A stretch of DNA of 64,000 nucleotides, from the NCBI RefSeq assembly GCF_001194135.2, contig NC_069005.1, positions 7,771,256 through 7,835,255 of the forward strand. The letters run 5' to 3'. Source of the stretch: Octopus bimaculoides. Its lineage: Eukaryota. The translations under genes and the position numbers were made by a program. Below, piece by piece: positions 1 to 11,796 of this stretch; within the stretch, counting starts at the first letter, position 1, and each line of letters starts with the position of its first letter. The notes under the pieces were generated by a model. That model saw only the letters and a list, made by a program, of their open reading frames with translations. It was not told the origin of the DNA and did not search any database.

Positions 1-208
1 AAAGAATCAATAAGTGAAAATAACCAATAAACTGATTCCTTATGGGATTTCCCAATCAAATTGCCAGCAAACCATTTTCAGCCAAACCAATTTCAACGGA
101 TTTCGCTCAAATCTGATGTCGATGTTACTTATTTTGGTTTGAAATAAAGCACTTAATCATTTAATAATCCTAGCTTAATCCCGAGCAGCGCCGGGTTATA
201 CTGCTAGT
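1..208 (+). mobile_element. 3' end of a non-autonomous Helitron-like element
   Basis: Short GC hairpin CCCG-AGCAGCGC-CGGG (180-195) followed 8 nt later by CTAG (204-207) then T; this is the canonical Helitron 3' terminus. Confidence 0.5.
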
Positions 209-451
209 ATATATATATGTATATATATATATATATATATACGTATGCCTGTATATACCTGAGATAATAGTTTCACTTTAGTAGTTTCAGTATTAATACA
301 ATACTGAAATAGTGGAAGAGATAAGAGATTGCTCTGGGCCTGCATTAGGTAAGAAGTTGAAAATTTTTTTGGCCCATGACACTACATGGATCTAAGTAAG
401 GCATGTGTAAAATCTGAATGGAATCAGTTGTGTAGTTCTTGAGTTTTAGAG

Positions 452-488
<37 letters not shown>

Positions 489-695
489 CATCTAAATAGA
501 GTGTGTCTATCAGTTATATAACAGATGGGCTATATACTTTATTATTCCAGTCAAACACTAATTGCTTTTGGGCACTGAACCTACTGAGAAGAACTGGTAG
601 ATGGACATAGTGTGAGAGGCTGTCATATATATATATATACATATATGTGTGTGTGTGTGCATGCATACGAATGTTTATGTTCCATATGAAACTGT

Positions 696-2405
696 TTGAA
701 CAAAAATGGTGACACTAAACTGACATTCCTTGCAGCCGTTGCTAGCATGGAAAAAAAATGGACCAGCCTTACAGAGGGAATTCAAATTGACAACAGCATG
801 GTAGGTAAGGCAATCAAAAGCATAAGGGAAGGGAAAGCTGCAGATCCAGCAAGGATAGCTGTAGAGATGCTCAAAATATCTGGTGAGGTAGGGTCCTAGA
901 TTACCACCTAGATAGTCAAGATATGCAAGAAGCAATCATACTCAATGACTGGTGTAGCAGTACCATAGTGAACTGCTACAAAGGCAAAAGAAATGCCTCA
1001 AAGATAAGCAGTTATCCGGTTTCACCAGTCCTCAGTCAAATCGTCCAACCCATGCTAGCATGGAAAGCGGACATTAAACAATGATGATGATGATGATGAG
1101 AGCAATCAAATTACTAGATCAGGTTATAACAGTCAGAGATAGAAAGAGAGAGAGTGAGTTATAGCACAAGTGATTCACGACAAGGTAGACCTAGATGAGG
1201 TGTAGTGTAGTTTTTTTATGTTTGGAAGAGGTACCACAAATGCAAACTTCCTAGTGAGGTAGAAGAAATACATAGCCTAGAGCAAACCATTATTCCTGGC
1301 CTTCATTGACCTGAAGAAGGTGTCTGACAAGGTACCATGCACAGTAATCTGGTGGTCACTAAGAAAACCAGGTGTTGATGAATGGCTTGTGAGAACTGTA
1401 CAAGCCATGTACAAAGATGCAGTAAGTAACGTGAGAGTCAACAACAACTTCAGTGAGGAATTTAGCATGAGGGTTAGAGTTCATTAAGGCTCAGTCTTCA
1501 GTCCCCTCCTATTCATTGCAGTCTTTCTGGCCATCACAGAAGTTTAAGACTGGTTATCCATGAAAACTTCTATACACTGGTGATCTAGTACTTATAGCTG
1601 ATTCTACAGGAGAATTAGAGAAGAAATTCAAGGCATGGAAGCTAAACCTAGAATCAAGAGGTCTTAAGATAGTCTTAGCAAAGATGAAGATTTTAGTATG
1701 TAGGAAAGAAGACAAGACACTGGTAGCTTCAGAGAAATGGCTTTGCTCAGTATGCAGAAAAGGAGTTTGTATAAATTCCATACACTGTACTCCATGTAAG
1801 CTACAAACACACAAATGACGTAATGGAATCACAGGCAGACTGGCAGAAAACATAAGCTTTATATGTGATAGATGTATTGGAGCAGCATGTACTATGAACA
1901 CACCAGAAATAGACTCTTGAATGCCTGAATGGCTTACTAGAAGTAGTTGATAGCTTTTGCTACTTAGGAGATATAATCAACAAGGGAGATGGTTGTTCTG
2001 AAAATATAAGTAGCCAGAGTAAAAACAGATTGGAGAAAAGTTCAGAGAGCTACTACTGCTGCTGGCAACAAAGGTCTTTTCCATACAAAGTAATGACAGA
2101 TTATATAAAGCTTTTGTTAGAACTGTAATGCTGAACGGTAGTGATACATGGGCCTTCAAAGTAGAGGACATGGAAAGATTAGAAAGAAGTAAAGTGAGCA
2201 TGTTCAGTTGGATGTGCAATCTTAGTGTGCATGAGTGACATAGGATATATGTGCTGTGAGAAAAACTGGGAATAAAAGGAATCAGATGGAGTGTGCAAGA
2301 AAGAAGACTGGATTGGTATGGACATGTGATGTATAAAGAAGTGGCACTCAATGCGAATGGAGCTTGCAGAAGAGGGAGATCCAGGAAGACATAGGACAAA
2401 GTGGT
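696..2405 (+). mobile_element. Decayed RTE-clade LINE ORF2 (reverse transcriptase), interrupted by a SINE tail at ~1005-1098
   Basis: Translates with stops and frameshifts to KAIKSIREGKAADPARIAVEMLK, FLAFIDLKKVSDKVP, GSVFSPLLF, LLYTGDLVL (degenerate YADD), SFCYLGDII, VRTVMLNGSDTW and RRLDWYGHVM. Confidence 0.88.
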
Positions 2406-2771
2406 GAAGGCTGATCACAAGACATCTGCTACTCTTCCACCCACAGAGCAACATGAAATGAAGTGTTTTGCTCAAGAATACATTGTGCTGTCCAACCTGG
2501 GAATCGAACCCATGATGTAGCAATCATGAATGTAACACCCTAACCACTCCTGTATTCATCCCAAGTTAGTCATGGCAACCAAAGTTCCAGTACTCTACTT
2601 AGCAGCAGCAGGAGAGAGAATGGGCCCTCCCAGGTCATATAGAGAGTGATAGAGAAAGTTTAAGTGCACAGGACCTGCCCAAGGTATGTATATACTAAGC
2701 TATGTTTATACAAACATACCAGCTGGTTCACACCAACTAAAGTATATATACCGATATACATAGTTACAGAC

Positions 2772-3000
2772 AAGGCAGTGAGCTGGCAAAATCGTTAGCA
2801 TGCTGGCCGAAATGCTTAGCAGCATTTTGTCTACCGTTACATTCTGAATTCAATTTCCGCCGAGGTCGACTTTGCCTTTCATCCTCTCGGGGTCGATTAA
2901 ATAAGTACCAGTTATGCACTGGGGTCGATGAAATCGACTTAATCCCTTCGTCTATCTTTGTTTGTCCCCTCTATGTTTAGCCCCCTGTGGGCAATAAAAA
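2772..3000 (+). mobile_element. tRNA-derived SINE, family B (GCCTTTCATCC..GGGGTCGAT..AAGTACCAG body), near-complete copy
   Basis: A-box-like GAGCTGGCAAAATCG and B-box-like TGAATTCAATTTCC, A-rich tail. More than 12 further copies, e.g. ~5170-5600, 10070-10250, 12040-12190, 16120-16330, 17130-17295, 20045-20270. Confidence 0.8.
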
Positions 3001-3448
3001 AAAAATATATAGTTACAGATATTTTAGTAAGCCCTTCTGAAATCTTGATTATATTGAAAATTACTCAAATCATGAAGGAGCCATCTACTTGTTAGAAATA
3101 TTAACATGAAAGAACTAATTACTAGATAATAAGCAAAATAGAATATATTACTGCATTAACCCATTACATCCCATAATTCTATTAACTGGAATTTTTTTAT
3201 GAAACTTTGATTTCTAGCATAAAACAGCCTTAGAAACACGCTGGAATGATCAAAATAACATTTTAAATAGAAATAAGCGAGATATTGGGTGAAAAATTAG
3301 CAAACCTCATTTGAATATCAGAGAAATATACCTAGTAGATATAGCAAAAAGGTTAGATATGTGTAAATATGTGAGATCATTGGTAGGTAATGGGTTAATT
3401 TAACAATTGGACAAAAAAAAAAATAAAGAAAATATAAATCATACAAAC

Positions 3449-3726
3449 CATTCCATCTAGGGTCTTCAGTTAAAGCCCTTTCTTTTTCTAAACTGCTCGA
3501 TGTTACTGTTTGTAAAGTTTTCTCAGTAGTGTCCATCATTTGGAGTTCCCTAATGTCATATACTGGTGGCCTCAGGTCATGTGCTCCATGAGCAAATGCA
3601 CAATGTGGGCCATTCTTGACACAATGGCCTTTGGAATCTGTTTCGTATATACAGGTCCCTGTTTTGTAATACCTTAAATGATACCTTCTCTCTGTATCTC
3701 CTGCAGTCCGATGTAAAAAGGGACAC
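3449..3726 (-). CDS. unk: unkempt coding exon 3 (end of ZnF2, ZnF3, linker)
   Basis: Acceptor TTTCTAG|G, donor G|GTTTGT; 278 nt. Translates (E)CPFLHRTAGDTERRYHLRYYKTGTCIYETDSKGHCVKNGPHCAFAHGAHDLRPPVYDIRELQMM...LTEDPRWN, matching Unkempt CCCH fingers. Phase 2 joins exon 2 (GA|G = Glu). Confidence 0.97.
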
Positions 3727-3968
3727 CTAGAAACAAAAAGAAAGAAACAAAAATTGCATTATCTTGAAAAATTGTATTTCAAAGTAAATGCACAAAAGCA
3801 TATATACACACATATATACACCTGCACAGATGCACACAAACAAGCACACACAACATACAAATACAAACATGCCACTCCTCTATATCTATCTATCTATCTG
3901 GATACGCATACATGTATATATTAGAAACTGATGATTTACTCCATGGCAACAAACACTGCTACATGTTA

Positions 3969-4346
3969 TTCTTTTACTTGTTTCAGTCATTTGACTGCAG
4001 TCATGCTGGAGCACCACCTTAAAGGGTTTTAATCGAAGAAATTGACCCTGGACTTATTCTTTGTAAGCCTAGTACTTATTCTATTGGTCTTTTATTGAAC
4101 TGCTAAGTTACGGGGATGTAAACACACCAACATCGGTTGTCAGGTGATGGTAGTGGGGCAAACACAGATACACATAAATATATATATACGACAGGCTTCT
4201 TTCAGTTTCCATCTACCAAATCCACTCACAAGGCTTTGGTCGACCCATGGCTACAGTAGAAGACACTTGCCCAAGGTGCCATGCAATGGGACTGAACCCA
4301 AAACCATATAGTTGAGAAGCAAGCTTCTTATCACACAGCCATGCCT
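3969..4346 (-). mobile_element. tRNA/CORE-type SINE, family A
   Basis: Reverse complement has the head GGCTGTGTG..AAGCTTGC..GGTTCAGTCCC, CORE-like CACCTTGGGCAAGTGTCTTCTAC, an internal (TA)n/(CA)n and the tail GACTGAAACAAGTAAAAGA. About 20 copies in the window. Confidence 0.85.
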
Positions 4347-4364
4347 CTGTTAGTGGAACATCAC

Positions 4365-5090
4365 TGCGGCAAGTGATGAAGTTTAGATATTTTCAAGCTA
4401 TATTCATGAGGGATAGAAAGCAGGCAGGAGCCTGAATTAGATGATAGACTTACAAGTGCAGGTACAGAAACATACCAGCTCCAGTAATATTTGAAAGATT
4501 AATATTATGTGTTGAAAATTAGTCTTTTATAATAGTACAAATATTTCTTAAGGATTTGTCAGTGGTATGTCAATCAGATTGATTTGTTATGTAGTTATTT
4601 TAGATAATCAAGTAAATACTAGCCAGAAGAGGAAAGACTGATAAAAAAGCCAAACATACTATCTTCAATTTGGTTTTTGTGCCTATCCTCACCTATGGTC
4701 ATGAATGTTGGATAATGACCAAAAGAATATGATTGTGAATATAAGCAGCCAAAATAGGGTTCCTCTGAAGGGTCTCTAGAGTAATGTTACTCAACAGGGT
4801 GCATAGCTTAGAGATCAAGGAGTCTCTCCAGGCTGAGTTACTATTTCTCCATATTGGGAAGTCACAGCGCTGGTTCTGTGGACATGAGATTAGAATGCCA
4901 TAGGAAAGAATGCCAGGAGACCTAGGAATAGCCCAAGAATGAGATGGTTGGATAACATCCTTAGTCTCAGTTGGTCATACTTGTGAATCCAGCTGTAAAG
5001 TGTAATGATGGAGATGGGATCTGATAGAGATTAGATCTGAGGACTCTACAGTTACAGTGCTCCCAGGAATAAGGCGCTGAGAAAAGAAGA
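4365..5090 (+). mobile_element. Decayed LINE (RTE-like) RT C-terminal fragment
   Basis: Remnant peptides QVMKFRYF, IFNLVFVPILTYGHECWIMTKR, RWFCGH and PRMRWLDNI. Confidence 0.62.
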
Positions 5091-5842
5091 TGGATGGATG
5101 GTTATACAGACATTCTTACCATGTGCCCTCCATCAAGAGATCTTTCAACAACAACCACAGTTAATGATTATTTCAGTTTTGGTACAAAGCAAATGATTTT
5201 AGGCGGAGGGGTTAGTTGATTACATTGACACAAGTGCTTAACTGTTACTTCATCAACCCCAAAAGGATGAAAGACAAAGTCAACCCTGGCAAAATTTGAA
5301 CTTGGAATGTAAAAAAACTGAAGAAATACAAGAGCATTTTGTCAAACATATTAATGGACCTGCCAGCTCTGCCCTTATAATCATATTTAAAAATGGTCTC
5401 AAATTTTGGCCAGCAATTTCAGGGAGGGGGTAAATGGATTTCATCAAACCCAGTGTTCAACTGGCACTTATTTGATTGATCCTGAGGGGATTGAAAGGTA
5501 AAGTAAACCTCAGCAGAATTTGAACTCAGAACATAAAAACAGATGAAATGCTGCTAAACATTTTGCCCGGTGTGCTAACGATTCTACCAACACGCCACCT
5601 TAATCACATTTAACAATGTAATACAATTGACATCATTTGTGCCATAACACACCTAACACTGTTGATGATCTCTGCAATACATGCGTAATACAACTAACAG
5701 TACCTATTACTATTTAGCTACATAAGTGAGATTCAAACCCAGAACCTTGAGAAAATGAATCCCCAGTCAGTTATATTACTGATCCAAATGGTGAGTCATA
5801 TCTCTGTAGTGCTTATTTACTACTGGAGGCATTAGGCATTAA

Positions 5843-6073
5843 CCCTTTAACACATAAGCCGGCCATACCCAGCCAAAATATTCTATTTGCTTTTTGTTCA
5901 AACTAGCCAGATGTCAGCTCTCACACCAACCCTACAATATCATTCTAAAGATTAACAGTTACCTCATTAAAATCTCAAAATTACAAAATAATGCATGTTG
6001 ATGGCATGATTAATTCAAAACAACGTGAATAAATAAGCATTACTTTTGATAGAATAATGTGAATGCTAAAGGA
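5843..6073. mobile_element. piggyBac-type MITE (~230 bp; CCCTTTAGCATT termini, TTAA target)
   Basis: TTAA|CCCTTTAAC at the left end and AATGCTAAAGGA at the right. Homologous copies at ~8150-8324 (ends AATGCTAAAGGG|TTAA), 15042-15258, 19940-20316, 43636-43866, 50842-51010, 59010-59230 and 63470-63666. Confidence 0.7.
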
Positions 6074-6210
6074 TTGAACCCTTTTGTTACAAACCTACAT
6101 ATAACCTTAATTCAACGAAATAAACTTCTTGCTTTAAAATTATCTAAATTAAAACCTTCCATCAATGTTTCCTATAAATTTATGTTCCAAACACCAGCTT
6201 AATAATATTC

Positions 6211-6598
6211 TCTCTTTTACTTGTTTCAGTCATTTGACTGTGGCCATGCTGGAGCACCGCCTTTAGTCGAGCAAATCGACCCCAGGATTTATACTTTGGA
6301 AGCCTAGTACTTATTCTATCGGTCTCTTTTTGCCGAACCGCTAAGTTACGGGGGATGTAAACATACCAGCATCAGTTGTCAAGCGATGTTGGGGGGCGGG
6401 ACAAACATAGACACACACATACATACATATATATACATATATACGACGGGCTTCTTTCAGTTTCCGTCTACCAAATCCATTCACAAGGCTTTGGTGGGCC
6501 TGAAGCTATAATAGAAGACACTTGCCTAAGGTGCCATGCAGTGGGACTGAACCCGGAACTATGTGGTTGTTAAGCAAGCTACTTACCACACAGCCACT
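6211..6598 (-). mobile_element. SINE family A, full-length copy
   Basis: Same head/CORE/tail organisation as the copy at 55407. Confidence 0.85.
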
Positions 6599-8345
6599 AC
6601 GAATACATTATTTTACTAAATTCTTCATTATTTTCAAATTTAATTCTAAGACAGTGAATTTCAACAGAAATATGACAACAAAAGAGTTAAGGGCTAAGTA
6701 TCTGTCTGTAGTGGGAACAAAGTGTATAGTAAGGGCCGAGGTATATAACACTGAGCCTTCAACGTATAGATAGGCTGTTTGTTCCAATAAATGATGGATA
6801 AGAGAATGCATTTTTTGATAGTGTTTGTTTTTGTTTAGATTTGGTTTGTTATCAATTAAGACATGATGGTGTCCAAGCATGACCACAATCAAACATCTAA
6901 AACCTTGTAAAAGAATATTCAAATGGAGAGTAGGGTGGGGGGTTACATTACAGTGTTAAGGGAAAGAAGAAATTAAAACAAAAGTGGAGAGAAATGGAAA
7001 TAGAATAAAAACAAGTGAAGCACTAATGATAGAGAGAGAGAGGAGGGGGAGAGACTGGAGGGTGAAGAGTGATAGGACTACTGAAAAAAATGATTTGAGC
7101 CAAAGAATTTCATCATTCAGATGGTTTTAACATCAATAAATCTATTTGGCCATATCTAGCACCACAGCAAAAAAAAAGTAGAAGCGTAGAAGCATAAAAG
7201 AGATTGGGTTGGATTGCTGATGAAAATAGTTTAAGTAAAAAAAGAAGAAAAAAAATTAGATTATTCATTTTCCAGCAAATAACTGAAAAATAGCATTCAA
7301 ACCACTCTCTCATATCACATCATATTGTCTTAAATAAAGCAAGGAAAACTAATAATATAGTTGTAAACTATCCCTGAAAAGACGAGAGAGTCATGGTTGG
7401 AGCGACTTTGATCATTAGGTTGCCTGATCAGGTCTGACCTGAGGCTAAATGTCAACAATCTCACACAAGCAACGACAGAGCTTCTTTAGGATTGCTCAAC
7501 CTGCAAGAAAACACTCTGAAATTCTGCTGCCGCTATCTTAAAAAGGAAGTACACATAGGTCATGCCATTTGAATATATGCCTAATTTGAAAGTAAGATGA
7601 GGTGGTCATTGCTAGAACACATTTGATCATACATCTGACAATTCAGGGTTAACCAACAGTATTAGTTAGGTTCATGTGATGACTGCACATTACTTAATTT
7701 TTCAGCATTCAGATTACCCTGTCTTATGGAATGTTTATTTATTCACAGCAGGACTTGTGATGATTTGCTGTACTTGAGAAGTACACGTCGAACTAAGTAT
7801 AATAAAAAAAATCTAAAAAAAAAAAAAAAAAATCTAAAAAAAAAAAAAAAAAATCTGTCATGCATACATACAGGCATGTCCTTTGTGGCTGTGTCCCCAC
7901 TCCCTCTCTCAGGTGAGAGGTTTTTGCCTTGCAGGTGCTGGTGCCATGTAAAATGCACTCATGCCAGTGGCACATACAAGGCACTCAGCACACTCCGTAA
8001 AGTGGTTGGCATTAGGAAGGGCATCTGGTCATAGAAACCGTGCCAAAACAGAGAGGTGAAACCCAGACAGCTCCTGCCAAACTATCTGACCCATGCCATC
8101 AAGGAGAACGGACGTCAAATGATGATGATGATGACGACGATGACGATGATGATTGTTTTGAATTAATTTGTGCGTTGTCTCATAGCTTCGAGATTCTGAT
8201 GATGTAATTGTTTATGCTGAGGATGACATTGTAGGATAAGTGTGAGAAGCCGGATCTGGTTTGATATCAACATAAAATAGGTAGAATATTCTGACCTGAT
8301 ATGGCTGGTTTAAATGCTAAAGGGTTAAAGACATACATACATACA

Positions 8346-8610
8346 TAGGCAACGGCATGGAACCTTGGGCAAGTGCCTACTACTACAGCCCAGCCCAAAG
8401 CTGAAAAAAAACCTTGTGACAGGATTTGGTAGGAACTGAAAGAAGCCTGTTGTGAGTATGTGTCACCATTATACAACTAATGTCTGGTCATGGAGTAATA
8501 TTACCTTGCTTAGAAACAGTTGGGGGTTGGTGACAGGAAGGGCATCTTCTTGTAGAATATCTGCCTCAACAAACTCCATCCAACCCATGCTGGCATGGAA
8601 AAGTGGATGT
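8346..8610 (+). mobile_element. Chimeric SINE: family-A tRNA/CORE head with an RTE-type bipartite tail
   Basis: CCTTGGGCAAGTGCC...GAAAGAAGCCTG head followed by GGTTGGTGACAGGAAGGGCATC...ACCCATGCTGGCATGGAAAAGTGGATGTTAAA(TGA)n. Similar copy at ~48677-48975. Confidence 0.55.
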
Positions 8611-9523
8611 TAAAATATGATGATGATAAATTACAGCTAACCCTTTCAAAAACTTCAGCTATTAGTAACCACCAAATGAGCCTTTAAATTGTCAATTGAT
8701 CAGACAGAAATAGCAACCAAATTCCCTTAAATCACATCTAAAAACACAAATGAAATAGTAGACAGGTGAAGGAAGAGAGAGAGGGGGAGATGGTGTTGGG
8801 AAAGAGAAGAGGATAAACAGCAAGATGGTCATGATTGGAACGCCCTTGATCATAAGAATGCTTGCTCAATCAAGGCTGACATGAGATTTATAATAAATAA
8901 CTGCTTATAATATTAACTACTGTTATTACTACAACTACTACTGCTGTGTATATTTGTCCTAATTACTGATACTTTTAATTGCTGTCAATGAGGTAACTCT
9001 TTCAAGTCCAAAGTTAATAAAGATATAACAACTAGTGCATATAAATTACTTCTGTCAAGTTGACAGTGTCAGTTACGTTTAACCACAGGATTACAATTTA
9101 AGAGTTAGACCACCTGGTTGAACTACATTTACACACAGCAGCCAAGTAGTGGATGCACACTATAAAGCTGCTCAATCTGCTAGAAATAGAAACCAAATCT
9201 CCCTCAAAACATACCACCCAACTGTCTTTGAAAAAAAGGACACACTGAATGTAGTTCTGTATCCATTATATCTGAAGTGGACACTGACATGGATGAGTGG
9301 TTAAGATGCTTGCTTTACAATCATGAGGCCCCAAGTTTGATCCCACAAAGTGACATCAAGGGTAAATGTCTATAGCATAGCCATAGGTCAACCAAAGCCT
9401 TGTAAGTGAAATCGCTTGGACAGAAACTGTATGGATTGTATTCGTGGTTTAAAGGTCCATTCTTGTCACATATTATTGTGCTGATTCAGTTTGGAATTTA
9501 CATTAATCCTTTAGCATTTAAAC

Positions 9524-9597
9524 CAGTGGTTCTCAACCATTTTCTCTATGGACCGCATTGATTCCTATTTTACTTGATTGGACCCCCATAACAGTTG
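9524..9597 (+). mobile_element. hAT (Charlie-like) MITE left end
   Basis: CAGTGGTTCTCAACC at 9524-9538, the typical hAT-Charlie TIR. The right TIR was not found. Confidence 0.45.
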
Positions 9598-9756
9598 AAT
9601 CATCATCATCATCGTTTAACATCCGCTTTCCATGCTAGCATGGGTTGGACGATTTGACTGAGGACTGGTGAAACCAGATGGCTACACCAGGCTCCAATCT
9701 GATTTGGCAGAGTTTCTACAGCTGGATGCCCTTCCTAACGCCAACCACTCAGAGAG
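9598..9756 (-). mobile_element. SINE family C (RTE-type tail ending in (GAT)n), partial
   Basis: Reverse complement of GGTTGGCGTTAGGAAGGGCATCCAGCTGTAGAAAC...CCAACCCATGCTAGCATGGAAAGCGGATGTTAAACGATGATG. Other copies at ~1005, 13070, 24478, 39455, 49222, 62130 and 63835. Confidence 0.8.
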
Positions 9757-11223
9757 TTTTTAAAAAAATGTTTTTAAAAAATCCTATAATACTTTCATAA
9801 TTAAATATTATTAGGAAATATATAGAAAAATTGCTAAAATATTTTGTGTATTATTATTATTATTATTCAGTAGTCCTATTTTTATCAGATGCTTTCACTA
9901 CACAACCAACCGCAGCTCTGTGTGCCTTGGGTATGCACTGTGGTTTGTTGTGATGATCTTATTGTTACTGTACTGAAAGTGTTTTACATAGGATGTGTGC
10001 GGAGCCCAATAGTGCTATTTTCTGTATGTTATATATATATCTGTAAGTCCTGGTGTTTTTGTTATAACACCAGACAAAATGTTAGCAGCATTTCATCCAT
10101 CTCTATGTTCTGAGTTGAAATTCCGCCATGATTGACTTTGTCTTTCATTCTTTCAGAGTCGACAAAATAAATACTAGTCATGCACTGGGGGTGATGTAAT
10201 TAACTAGATCCCTTGCACCAAAAATTTCAGGCCTTCTACCATAAGTGGAAATGGTTATTGTTGTTATTATTATTATTCACAATTCTTATTTCTTTACAAT
10301 TATACACATCTTAAGCATCTCAACTAAATTTTTTTATTTTTAATGTCCACATTCTTGATATATTTATTTCTTTATAAATCAGTCTTGAAATGCAATTTAC
10401 TGAAACTAAACTCTTGACCTTTAAGGTTAGCAGTTCAGCATCTTAGCTTCACTGGCCACTGTCTGACTTAGCTGTCTGCTTTTCCATTGGAAAGCATTTC
10501 TAGTTGTGACTGAGTTATATAAATAAGAAGTTTCCCTCTCCTAAACAGGTCTATCAAGTCACCCAATCATGTCTTCAGTCACGTTTATATGTGTATTTGG
10601 CAAAAGCTGGCAAAGGTCATAGAAGAGACACAACTTTCCTCACTCACACACCCACCTTCCCCCCTCTATAATTGCTCTAATTTCTCCTGTTAACACTTAA
10701 GAGGCTATATTCTTAAAAGTATTAAAATCCAGACTATGAAGAAAATGAAACTCGAGTGATGGCCTGCATCAGCAACAATCAGCCCATAACAGATTTCGAT
10801 AGGTTGGAGGACCTGTAACCATTAAATCTTTCATCTCCCATGGCAACTGAACTGATGACAAAGGCATTCAGGTCAACAGTGTGGTGATGTAACAGTCACT
10901 ACTGAAAACAACAAGCTAAAACAAAGAAAAACAATTAAATACAGAATTTCCTGTTTGGTTTATTAAGGGAGGAAGGAGAGTAGCCATGACATTTGCAGGC
11001 TCATTGAGATCAACAAGGTTGATGGTCATCTTGAATTTATTTGTGTCAACACTGACCTAGACTAGGTTGAGCTACCTCCAGCAAGTAAATTCACAGTGGC
11101 TGTGAAGTTGAGAAGCTTGTTTCCCAACCAAGTGGTCTTGGGCATCTTAGACAAGTGTCTTCTACTATAGCCCACAAGCCAATCAAAGATTTGTGATTGG
11201 TAAATAAAGATGAACGAAGTCTA

Positions 11224-11263
<40 letters not shown>

Positions 11264-11310
11264 TTAGAGAGAGAGTTGATAAAGGAAAAGAAAAATGGAT
11301 TTAGTATGAA

Positions 11311-11595
11311 TATTCAGCATGATGATCGTTTTGACACATCTTGTATCTGTCCCACAGGATATTGTGCATCTGGTTGCATTGCATCTATCAGTGCAGCCTG
11401 TGTCACTTCAGATGCTTGGCATAGAAAAATATCCAGAGCAACATGCCAAGGGCGTCTCAGCATACCTAGTGGGACATTGTTCTACACCAAGCAACTGAAG
11501 TAACACAGCCTGCACTGATTGATGCAACGCAAACAAATGCACAATATCGTATGGGACAGATGCAGGATGTGTCGAAACAATCGTCATGCTGAATA
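11311..11595. mobile_element. Fold-back element / MITE with ~108-bp imperfect terminal inverted repeats
   Basis: 11312-11419 (ATTCAGCATGATGATCG...GATGCTTGG) is the reverse complement of 11486-11594 (CCAAGCAACTG...CGTCATGCTGAAT) at roughly 85% identity by eye, with a 66-nt spacer. Confidence 0.8.
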
Positions 11596-11724
11596 AATCT
11601 ACCTTCTGTTCCTTTATTGACTATAAATTCAACAAACACTGCTGATTTCCTGATGCAGATCCAGTGAAAATTATATTGTTACTGTGGATGACATCAGGTA
11701 GCCCAAAGTCCAAATAGTTATGTA

Positions 11725-11728
<4 letters not shown>

Positions 11729-11793
<65 letters not shown>
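11729..11793. repeat. (TG)n microsatellite
   Basis: Pure dinucleotide run; another at ~11224-11260. Confidence 0.95.
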
Positions 11794-11796
<3 letters not shown>

